This document shows, one piece after another, positions 1 to 8,095 of a DNA stretch of 64,000 nucleotides (position 1 is the stretch's first letter; each line of letters opens with the position of its first letter). A model generated the notes under the pieces. That model made no database searches. It was not told the origin of the DNA and worked only from the letters and a program-made list of their open reading frames with translations. This DNA comes from an uncultured Acidobacteriota bacterium. GTDB taxonomy: Bacteria > Acidobacteriota > Blastocatellia > RBC074. A program made the translations under genes and the position numbers. The stretch is taken from assembly GCA_963796275.1 (NCBI GenBank), contig CAWCKY010000002.1, positions 448,001 through 512,000 on the forward strand, in the 5' to 3' direction.

Positions 1-1749
1 TTCCGGTACACCGCCTTCTACAGGCACTCTCTTCAGAGTGTATGCGCTCTTACTGCTCGCTGATGTGTAGACAACCCATTTGCCATCCGGCGTACATTGC
101 GGCGCAAGGTCTCCGGTACCGAAAGTTAATTGTTTCGGATTCGATCCGTCATTATCCATTCTCCAGATGTTTGCCGCTCCATTGCGAGTGGATGTGAAAA
201 AAATGTAGCGGTTATCAGGTGACATTGAGGGCAGGATGTTGTCATACGTACCGGTAGTCAGCTGACGTTGGCCCTTTCCATCCGCATTCATCACCAGGAT
301 GTTCCAAAAGCCGTTGGTGTCAGAAGAATAGAGTAGCCGCCCATCCGGCGTCCACGACAGACCCTCGTAATTACCGCCACCTGATGTGATCTGTGCGGTG
401 CGGTTCGGGGTAACGGCGCTTGACACCCAGACGTCAGCAAATCGGATCCTTTCAATGCATACAAGATCATGAGCATCGTCGGTTAAACTCACCCCACGCC
501 ACATCTGCACGCCAGTCGTAAGCCGGCGGGGCAAACGTGTGCCGTCTTCCGATAGCGGTAGTAACCAGGCGTGTCGGAGATTAAACCCCTCATCGGCTGC
601 AACTACCAGTCCTCCCCCGTGCTTCAGCCAGGAGGGGCGCCGGATAAATTTCCAGGATGGAGTAGACAGAATCCGTTCCGAGTGGTTCTTCAGGTTTATT
701 TCGAGCAACTGCGAACGCGACGTCGTGTTATAGACGCAGACGATTCGGTTTCCATCCGGCGACCAGGCAGGATAATCCAGATACTCAGGCGTTTCGCGGG
801 CGGCCAGTATCTTCTCCTCAGAACCGTCAAGCGTCGCAATCAGCAGAGAAGAGCGGCCCCGGACGTGATCTTCCCGCACAAAAGCGAACTGGCGGCCGTC
901 GGGTGCAAAGGAGACAGTTGAATTGAGTCTCTCTACGATCCTGCGCGCGTTTCCACCGGTAATCGGGATCTGGTAGAGCGTCTCAGTTTGATCCGGCTTT
1001 CTTGTGGTGTAGTAAACGAACTTGCTGTCCGGCGAAAAGGCCAGACAACCCAACCTGAGTGTTGACGGGGGCACTATCTGTGTCTCGCTCCCGTCAGCCG
1101 ATACCTGTAGCCACAAGCTCTGCTGCCGCTTCTCTTTCACTATCTTGACGATGTATTTGCCATCGGGCGATACCAAACCGTCGACCAAATTGCCAGTGTT
1201 TGGCAACCTAACAATTATCGGGTCTGGCGGCGATTCATTTATCCGGGCACGCCCGCCGATAATGAGTGCGGCTAACAACACAATCGCGCTGAGCGCGACC
1301 AAGCCGACCAGCGCGATCAGAAGCCGATACTTCAACCGCAATCCCGACCTGAAAGGATGAGGAGGAGCCGCGTCCTCCCTTACGATTAGTGGTCCATCGC
1401 TCTCACCGATCGCCGGGATTTCGGTCTGAACATCCATGACGAATCGATAGCCGCGTCCCGGGACTGTGAGAATGTATTGATGCTCACCTCCTGCCTGGTC
1501 ACCAAGGGTCTTGCGTAGTGTGTAGATGTGGCGAGCAAGGTTCGCCTCTTCAACATGACTATCAGGCCAGACCTGCTCCATTAGTTCTGCTTTGCTTACC
1601 ACGCGCCCTTGCTGATCAACGAGGGCAAGTAAAACTTCGAGCGACTTTAATGGCAGAGGTACGATCTCGCCGTTGCGCCGGAGCACACGTTCGGTTGCAG
1701 CAAGTCGGTAATCGCCAAAACGATAATCCCCCTCTTGTTTATTACTCAT
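1..1749 (-). CDS. CadC/OmpR-type winged-helix DNA-binding domain + TM helix + TolB-like PD40 beta-propeller; 3' end beyond window
   Basis: Not in ORF track. Manual translation from ATG at 1749: MSNKQEGDYRFGDYRL...LMEQVWPDSHVEEANLARHIYTLRKTLG...ILTVPGRGYRF; distal part has PD40 repeats (LSWTPDGRLLYSS, PSMSPDNRYIFFTS, PQCTPDGKWVVY). Confidence 0.9.
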   Translation of the reverse strand, partial: MSNKQEGDYRFGDYRLAATERVLRRNGEIVPLPLKSLEVLLALVDQQGRVVSKAELMEQVWPDSHVEEANLARHIYTLRKTLGDQAGGEHQYILTVPGRGYRFVMDVQTEIPAIGESDGPLIVREDAAPPHPFRSGLRLKYRLLIALVGLVALSAIVLLAALIIGGRARINESPPDPIIVRLPNTGNLVDGLVSPDGKYIVKIVKEKRQQSLWLQVSADGSETQIVPPSTLRLGCLAFSPDSKFVYYTTRKPDQTETLYQIPITGGNARRIVERLNSTVSFAPDGRQFAFVREDHVRGRSSLLIATLDGSEEKILAARETPEYLDYPAWSPDGNRIVCVYNTTSRSQLLEINLKNHSERILSTPSWKFIRRPSWLKHGGGLVVAADEGFNLRHAWLLPLSEDGTRLPRRLTTGVQMWRGVSLTDDAHDLVCIERIRFADVWVSSAVTPNRTAQITSGGGNYEGLSWTPDGRLLYSSDTNGFWNILVMNADGKGQRQLTTGTYDNILPSMSPDNRYIFFTSTRNGAANIWRMDNDGSNPKQLTFGTGDLAPQCTPDGKWVVYTSASSKSAYTLKRVPVEGGVPE

Positions 1750-2118
1750 AATTATTATCCGGAACACCGAATGGAGAATTTATGGATACCTATCCATTGG
1801 AATTTAATCCCAGCTTATGAGGAGTGTTCAAATCACGGCGGTCGAATCTTCGATGAGCTTTCTGATCGTCCTTCAGACGTGGCCGACGTTTATAGCATTG
1901 ATGACAGTACTCACTCCAAGCTCCAGGGGTGGCCTGGGAGATTTCGATGATCGAGTGATATAAATATTCGGAGCGTCTGGGGCTAAGACATATAACATTG
2001 ATTCCAGAGGCTTTGCACTCTCCTCAAGTTTTATGAATTTGCCGAGGACGTGAGTTTATTAACGTAAGTATGATTGAGTCAAGTGCCGCCCTTCGTTTAT
2101 GGCCAAATGTACTCCTGA

Positions 2119-2160
2119 GGCAGATAACGGCTGAGACCTCCGACTGAACTGCCATCTGCC
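2119..2160. terminator. Stem-loop downstream of ferredoxin gene (possible terminator or 3' stabiliser)
   Basis: GGCAGAT...ATCTGCC inverted repeat about 40 nt after the stop; no clear U-tract. Confidence 0.3.
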
Positions 2161-2202
2161 GGGCTTAATGACGAGTGCAGGATATACGAGTCCGGACTTG
2201 GA

Positions 2203-2565
2203 TTACAGATGTCGTTTCCCCTTGTGATCACACGTCTCGGTGTTAATACACTCCTCGTTCAACTTCAGTCGTGTCACATGGCGATGATTGATAAGGTGAG
2301 AATCGATAATTTCAACAACGTCTTCGTGCTTAACCCTACCGTACCAAATTCCTTCCGGGTAAATCACTACCGTCGGCCCATGCTCACACTGATCAAGGCA
2401 GCCGGATTTATTAGCTCGGACGCTAGCCTTAAGGCCGCGAGCGGCCAGTTCTTTTTTAAACAGAAGTTGTAAAGTTCCCTGCCCTTCGGGATCACAACAC
2501 CCGCGAAGATTTTCCGGCGGTCGTTGGTTGGTACAAATAAAAATATGATATTCAAACTTTGCCAT
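2203..2565 (-). CDS. Thioredoxin-like [2Fe-2S] ferredoxin
   Basis: HIFICTNQR...GCC...RANKSGCLDQCEHGPTVVIYPEGIWYG signature. Confidence 0.92.
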   Translation of the reverse strand: MAKFEYHIFICTNQRPPENLRGCCDPEGQGTLQLLFKKELAARGLKASVRANKSGCLDQCEHGPTVVIYPEGIWYGRVKHEDVVEIIDSHLINHRHVTRLKLNEECINTETCDHKGKRHL

Positions 2566-2581
2566 ATTGTTCAGTTCAGTT

Positions 2582-2725
2582 CCGTTCCATAAAATATGGT
2601 CGAATATGACTCATATTTTACGCCGGCGCTTTTGTTTATTTGCCGCCGGCAGTTTCGCTCTCTGATTGACGCGCGATTTGATCTCAGGCGCTCCGGCGCG
2701 TTCTAGAGTCGGCCCCGGAACGGTC
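2582..2725 (-). ncRNA. Putative TnpB omega-RNA scaffold / IS right end
   Basis: Overlaps tnpB 3' end. Minus-strand CCGTTCC (2723-2717) is complementary to terminal GGAACGG (2588-2582); subterminal hairpin AAAATATG...CATATTTT (2591-2619); ends in GG as IS607 elements do. Confidence 0.5.
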
Positions 2726-3039
2726 ACCGTCCTGGTCTTCCCATCCTGAGATGAGGCATTCCGGTGTTCCAATCGGGACTCGTACCTTTCGACAAGAATC
2801 TTCCTGACGGTCTCTTTAGGCGTGTAAAGAGTGATCCTCGGATCATTGACTCTTGCCTTCTGGTTGATTGCCGCGATCACATCCGCATGGCCCGCGTGCC
2901 CGCATTTGACGCACTGAAACCTATCTCCCTTGCGATTCGCCTTACTCAAATAATCACAAGCGGGACAGGTTTGCGAGCTGTATGCCGGATTGACCTGCTC
3001 TCGACGGCATCCTGCCGCCGACGCCTTGATGATCATCAT
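2611..3039 (-). pseudogene. tnpB: TnpB C-terminal remnant (zinc ribbon + RuvC-III), N-terminal part lost
   Basis: VNPAYSSQTCPACD...FQCVKCGHAGHADVIAAIN motif; no RuvC-I/II or tnpA upstream. Confidence 0.85.
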
Positions 3040-3272
3040 TGCTCATTGCTGTGGTCAACCCCTGCGATGAAACATTTGATCGCGGTAGACGGCACCGCGC
3101 AGTTCGCATACTGTTCGCCTTTGAATTCTGAATTATGCAGTTGCAGCACAATATTCTAATCTAACCACCGGACAAGCCTATGTCCAGCGGACAACCAATT
3201 CGGATCAGAAAAAACACAGCCAGCGATAGCCGTGAAACAAGCTACTTGCACACCCTGAATGCATAAGTTGAA

Positions 3273-3300
3273 TACCGCTAGCGGTAGCGAGCGCGTCGCT
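3273..3300. repeat. REP-like palindrome
   Basis: TACCGCTAGCGGTA perfect palindrome followed by AGCGA-GCGCG-TCGCT hairpin. Confidence 0.5.
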
Positions 3301-3428
3301 CTAACCTCACATATTTCGCTCTTCGGAAGCTCCTAATATTCTAAGTCAGCAATGATTTCTTCGTGTTTCGAATTGAGAGGTTTGTGTTTGTATTTTTGTG
3401 TTGGTATTAATGCTGAGCACACGAATAG

Positions 3429-3444
3429 TGGCACTTTCTTTGCT
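3429..3444 (+). promoter_or_regulatory. Sigma-54 (-24/-12) promoter
   Basis: TGGCAC-TTTCT-TTGCT matches TGGCAC-N5-TTGCW; points toward the gene at 3679. Confidence 0.6.
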
Positions 3445-3678
3445 CGCTATCTGATGTTGGTATTCCCCTTCCGTAATTATGAAATCAAATCTGACGTTTT
3501 GATACGAGTGCATACACATGCCTGTCCAGGATGCATACGCGCGACTGAATATGTGGGGCAGCGGACAGTTATTAATGAACTGACTGCAGTGTCCTGTTTA
3601 TGCAAGGGCAGACATAAGTAAATGCCCATTATCCGAGGACGATGGGCGGACAAGAAACAGCCAAAGCTCGCATAGGAG

Positions 3679-5001
3679 ATGATAATGAATCAACGACATA
3701 ACATGTTAGTGGTCTTGTCAGTCGCTGCCGGATTAATAATGGCTGCGGCATTCTATGATGCGTTCGGGATAGACTCGGTTATAAGCAGTCGGGAGAAGAA
3801 ACCGGATGCGCCAGACGCGCCGGGCGTGCGTCATAAGCTGACGCCTGCCGATCTTCCTCCGGCGAATGCAACGGGATCGGTGGTAAATCACCCAAATCTG
3901 GTTCCCCAGCCAAAGGGCGTGATGCCACAAGTCCCGAAAGGTTTCCGCGTAGAGAAGTTCGCCTCCAATCTCACCAACCCTCGTATGATCCGCACCGCGC
4001 CTAACGGGGATATTTTTGTAGTAGAGTCGCAGGCGAACCGTATTCGCGTGTTGCGTGACGCAGAGAGCGACGGAACGCCTGAAATCAGCGAAATCTTCGT
4101 TGAAGGATTGACCCAGCCGTTCGGCGTCGCATTCTACCCGGTTGGAGAAAACCCGCAATATGTTTATGTTGCGAACACAGGTTCAATCGTGCGCTTTCCC
4201 TATCAGAACGGGGATACCAGGGTGCGCGGTTCAGGCGAAACGATTGTTGACAACATCCCCGGCGGCGGCATGCTCGAAGGCGGCGGTCACTGGACGCGCG
4301 ACATAGTTTTCTCAAATGATGGGACGAAGATGTACGTATCCGTAGGCTCGCGCTCGAACGCCACTGATGACGAATTCGAGGTCCGGCGCGCACGCATCTT
4401 CGAGTTCACGCCCGACGGCAGAAACGAGCGTGTTTATGCATATGGCATCCGCAACCCAGTCGGTCTGGCAATACATCCCACCACCGGCAAGCTGTGGGCC
4501 TCGGTCAACGAGCGCGATGAACTGGGCGACGACCTTGTGCCGGACTACGTGACAGAAGTACAGGATGGAGGATTTTACGGTTGGCCCTGGTATTACATCG
4601 GGCCGAATCAGGATCCGCGGCACGAGGGAATGCGCCCGGAATTGAAAGACCAGGTAATCTTGCCGGACGTGTTGCTGCGTTCACACAGCGCGTCACTGGG
4701 AATGACGTTCTACACGGGCGATCGATTTCCCGCCAAGTATCGTAACTTCGCTTTCTCTGCGCTGCACGGTTCGTGGAATCGGTCGATTCGCACCGGCTAC
4801 AAGGTGATTTATATACCGATACGCGGCGGACGCGCGACCGGCGAATACATAGATTTCATGACCGGATTTGTCACACCCGAAGGAGATGTTTGGGGTCGTC
4901 CGGTTGCAATTACGGTTGGACGCGACGGCGCACTTTACGTTACGGATGATGGTGGAAACGCTGTCTGGCGCGTGTCATACGAGAGGAGGAGGCAGTTTTA
5001 G
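3679..5001 (+). CDS. Glucose/sorbosone dehydrogenase family (PQQ-dependent beta-propeller), secreted
   Basis: Signal peptide; GHWTRDIVFS, GIRNPVGLA, VNERDELGDDLVPDY, HGSWNRS, GRPVAITVGRDGALYVTDD. Start may be 3685. Confidence 0.9.
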   Translation: MIMNQRHNMLVVLSVAAGLIMAAAFYDAFGIDSVISSREKKPDAPDAPGVRHKLTPADLPPANATGSVVNHPNLVPQPKGVMPQVPKGFRVEKFASNLTNPRMIRTAPNGDIFVVESQANRIRVLRDAESDGTPEISEIFVEGLTQPFGVAFYPVGENPQYVYVANTGSIVRFPYQNGDTRVRGSGETIVDNIPGGGMLEGGGHWTRDIVFSNDGTKMYVSVGSRSNATDDEFEVRRARIFEFTPDGRNERVYAYGIRNPVGLAIHPTTGKLWASVNERDELGDDLVPDYVTEVQDGGFYGWPWYYIGPNQDPRHEGMRPELKDQVILPDVLLRSHSASLGMTFYTGDRFPAKYRNFAFSALHGSWNRSIRTGYKVIYIPIRGGRATGEYIDFMTGFVTPEGDVWGRPVAITVGRDGALYVTDDGGNAVWRVSYERRRQF

Positions 5002-5085
5002 TCATGACAATCGGCCGCTGAAACCGATGTCGCCGCCGCACATTTGAGCGGATAGCCCTAAATCATCAGCGTTAATCTTTTTCGA

Positions 5086-5118
5086 CTCCTGGTCCTCCCC
5101 TTGCCGGCGGACCAGGAG
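5086..5118. terminator. Hairpin between convergent genes
   Basis: CTCCTGGTCC...GGACCAGGAG 10-bp stem. Confidence 0.5.
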
Positions 5119-5154
5119 CGGTTCTCTTCCACTTCGGGTGTTGAGTGGCGACTA

Positions 5155-6219
5155 CTATCGTACTCCCTTAACTTGCAACTTCCTGAACTCCTCCATCTCG
5201 CGCGACGCTTCCTGTAGTTTGCCCTGTTTGCGGTAGATATTCGCCAGCCCGAAATGGGCCTGTGCCGCGAGGGGGCTTCTCTTCTCGAGCTCGATCACTT
5301 TGGTCCAGGCTTTCTCGGCAACAGCGGGGTCGCCGTCGAGGGAGGCAGCCTTGCCAAGCGAATAGAGGGTCTCGGGCATCTCTGGTTTCAAACGGTCTGA
5401 TCGCTCCAACTCGACCAGCGCCGCCTGCGCCTTTCCCAGCTGTAATAATGCGCTTCCCAGACGATAAGCGGCTTCTGCATTGCCCGGTTGCAACCTGGTC
5501 TCAGCGCGAAACTCCTCTTCCGCTTTAACCCATTGCGAGCCCATGGCGTAAACTTGACCGAGCGCCAGGTGCACGCCGGGCACATCCGGCCGCAACCGCA
5601 ACGCTTCGCGGTACTCTTTTTCGGCCTCCGGCAAACGCCGCAGGGCAAAGTAATTCTCCCCCAGGGCCTGATGCGCGCGAAAGGAGTCGGGATAGGCGGA
5701 GATCAGCGCGTCGGTGATCTGTTTCGAGAGCGATCCGGAGGCGCGGCCGAGATAGTAGAGCAGATCCGGATCGTTGGGCCGCTTAGCCAGAGCGGTCTGT
5801 AGATTGGCCACCGCTTCGGGCAATCGGCCAGCTTCGAGTTGGGCGATTCCCAGCGCGCCCTGATCCTGAACCTTTTCGAGATGCGGAATCGCCTCGGCGG
5901 CATAGCCCCCGGCGAGTAATGCATAGCCGAGCAACTGGCGAGCGCCCGCCATATCCGGATTCAGTTCCAGCGCCCGTTTCAATGGTGCGATAGCGCCGCC
6001 ATAATCACGGTTCTCCATGTAAGCCTGGCCGAGGTTGACGAAGGCCGGGGCCAGTTTCGGCTCGATCTCTGTCGCTTTGCGAAATTCCGCGATCGCAACG
6101 TCGAAGCGCTGCTGCTTGCGCGCCTCCATTCCCGCCTGCAGATGCTCGAGCGCCTCCGGTGATATTTTCTGCGAAACCGGCCACAGAAATAACCATAGAA
6201 ATAAGAAAATGAAGTTCAT
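5155..6219 (-). CDS. Secreted tetratricopeptide repeat protein
   Basis: Signal peptide and multiple 34-aa TPRs; 4-nt overlap with upstream gene. Confidence 0.9.
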   Translation of the reverse strand: MNFIFLFLWLFLWPVSQKISPEALEHLQAGMEARKQQRFDVAIAEFRKATEIEPKLAPAFVNLGQAYMENRDYGGAIAPLKRALELNPDMAGARQLLGYALLAGGYAAEAIPHLEKVQDQGALGIAQLEAGRLPEAVANLQTALAKRPNDPDLLYYLGRASGSLSKQITDALISAYPDSFRAHQALGENYFALRRLPEAEKEYREALRLRPDVPGVHLALGQVYAMGSQWVKAEEEFRAETRLQPGNAEAAYRLGSALLQLGKAQAALVELERSDRLKPEMPETLYSLGKAASLDGDPAVAEKAWTKVIELEKRSPLAAQAHFGLANIYRKQGKLQEASREMEEFRKLQVKGVR

Positions 6220-7937
6220 GGTTGCTCCGGTTCACGGACCTCCAAAAATTGGTCGGCGCGAATCTCTTTCAGCGTCTGGCGCAGCCCGGACGGCCACCAG
6301 ATCTCAACCTTAGCGGTCTCGGCCGCCCCCAGTCCGAAATGAAGGCGTTTGTCACTAGCCGATAGATAACTTCCAGCTGTGGTAGCGTACTTTGTCTGCC
6401 CATTCACTCGCACGCGCGCGCCCAGACCGTCACGGTTGCTGCGCGTGCCACGCAATGAAAGCACGAGGAAGTGTTGGCTCCCCCCACGGTTCATAAACAT
6501 CTGCGGGCGGCCACCGATGACGTTCATCAATACGTCCGCCCAGCCATCGTTATTGAAATCGCCGCTGGCCGCCCCGCGACCCGCAACCGGAGAAGCCGTT
6601 CCCACATCGGCGCGCTCGAACCGCCCCATACGATTCAACGCCGCCAGTGGCGGCTCCAGGTAGCGCAGCGAAGGGTCGATCTGCTCAACATTGTCCATGA
6701 CGTGGCTCTGCGCGACGAAGAGGTCCTTCCAACCGTCGTTGTTATAATCCCTCATCAATATTCCCCATCCCGAACTTCCCGACGACAGCGCCCCGAGGCC
6801 GGTTTCGAGGCTGTTGTAACTGAATGAACCCTGTCCGTCGTTGTGATAGACCGCATAGATCTGCCGGGCGAGATTAGTGATGATAATGTCCGGGCGGCCA
6901 TCGTTGTCGTAATCTTGAAACTCGATGCCCATACCGGCATATGGCTTGCCGTCTTCCGACAATGCAACACCGGCTTCAAGACCGCGTTCCGTGAACGTAC
7001 CGTCCTTGTTGTTATGAAAGAGAAACTGCTCCATTCCGTCATTGGCTACCGCGATATCGATAGCTCCATCATCATCATAGTCGGCGAATGCCACCCCCAG
7101 GGCGGCCCCCTTCTTGGCGGCAATGCCTGAGCGCTGGCTGACATCTTCAAATGTGCCGTCACCCCGGTTTCGGTAGAGAATATTGGTGGTGGCCGGAAAC
7201 TCTCCGGGGGGACAGTAGGTACGATGCTCTCCACCACAGACCTTGCTCCGCTTGGCATCCCATTCCAGGTACCTCGTCACCAACAGGTCCAACCGCCCGC
7301 AGCCGTCATAGTCGAAGAATCCTGCCGAAACCGACCAGCCGCCCGCCCCTACTCCAGCTCTGGCCGTGACATCCGTAAAGGTACTATTGCCGTTGTTATG
7401 GTAGAGAATGTTTCTCCCGTAATTGGTGACATAGAGATCGGCATAGCCGTCATTGTCATAATCGCCCGTCGCCGCTCCCATCCCATAGTTCCCTTCTCCG
7501 GCGTTTGCCAGGCCTGTTGCCACCGTCACGTCGGTAAAGCTTCCATCGCGATTCCGCCGGTAGAGTCGATTCCAATAGCGCCGGTCGCCGCGATTAAAAC
7601 TCTCCGGCACCTTCATCGGGGCTGTCAGGTAACCGCTGTTCACGAGAAAGATATCCAACATACCGTCATTGTCGTAATCGATCAGGGCTACTCCGCCGCC
7701 CATCGTTTCGATCAGGTATTTGTTGGGTGTGGGTGAATTCTGATGTGTGAAATCCAGTCCGCGTGGCAGCTTAACATCGAAGAGAGGCATCGCCAGGGCT
7801 GAAACCGATGATCGCCCCCGCAAGCTATATTGCAATACGAAGCAGGAGAAAATGAAGAAACAAACAAAAGCTGAAGAAAGATTTCCCTTTGTTTCCCCGG
7901 TAATTTTGTGAATTTTGCGGTGAATCCTCCTCATCAT
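6216..7937 (-). CDS. CRTAC1 family / ASPIC-UnbV protein with FG-GAP (VCBS) repeats
   Basis: Repeated DYDNDG motifs; C-terminal SNRDGLGARV, SYLSASDKRLHFGLG, WPSG. Start uncertain (ORF open to 8021). Confidence 0.9.
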   Translation of the reverse strand: MMRRIHRKIHKITGETKGNLSSAFVCFFIFSCFVLQYSLRGRSSVSALAMPLFDVKLPRGLDFTHQNSPTPNKYLIETMGGGVALIDYDNDGMLDIFLVNSGYLTAPMKVPESFNRGDRRYWNRLYRRNRDGSFTDVTVATGLANAGEGNYGMGAATGDYDNDGYADLYVTNYGRNILYHNNGNSTFTDVTARAGVGAGGWSVSAGFFDYDGCGRLDLLVTRYLEWDAKRSKVCGGEHRTYCPPGEFPATTNILYRNRGDGTFEDVSQRSGIAAKKGAALGVAFADYDDDGAIDIAVANDGMEQFLFHNNKDGTFTERGLEAGVALSEDGKPYAGMGIEFQDYDNDGRPDIIITNLARQIYAVYHNDGQGSFSYNSLETGLGALSSGSSGWGILMRDYNNDGWKDLFVAQSHVMDNVEQIDPSLRYLEPPLAALNRMGRFERADVGTASPVAGRGAASGDFNNDGWADVLMNVIGGRPQMFMNRGGSQHFLVLSLRGTRSNRDGLGARVRVNGQTKYATTAGSYLSASDKRLHFGLGAAETAKVEIWWPSGLRQTLKEIRADQFLEVREPEQP

Positions 7938-8000
7938 AACCGGCCTTGTAAAATTACTATCACGGGCATAAACTTCGTTTGGCAAGAACCTCCAGTATAG

Positions 8001-8037
8001 TTCCCAAACAGATTTCCCCAACAGATTTCCCCAACAG
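8001..8037. repeat. 13-bp tandem direct repeat (about 2.8 copies) in divergent promoter region
   Basis: TTCCCAAACAGAT|TTCCCCAACAGAT|TTCCCCAACAG. Confidence 0.7.
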
Positions 8038-8095
8038 CAGAACCTTCACATTTAGAACCCATCACTAGCTATAAGATAGGAGGAGGTATAGACCA

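Noticed and set aside
2142-2151. ACTGAACTG match to the predicted TnpB guide as a local target
   Set aside because: Only 9 nt, compatible with chance.
2100-2200. Fluoride or SAM riboswitch
   Set aside because: Only a GCTTAATGAC-like fragment matches; the aptamer core is missing and no suitable gene follows.
2611-3039. Functional miniature or nuclease-dead TnpB (TldR-like)
   Set aside because: WED/REC and RuvC-I/II regions needed for RNA and DNA binding are absent, so a relic is the simpler reading.
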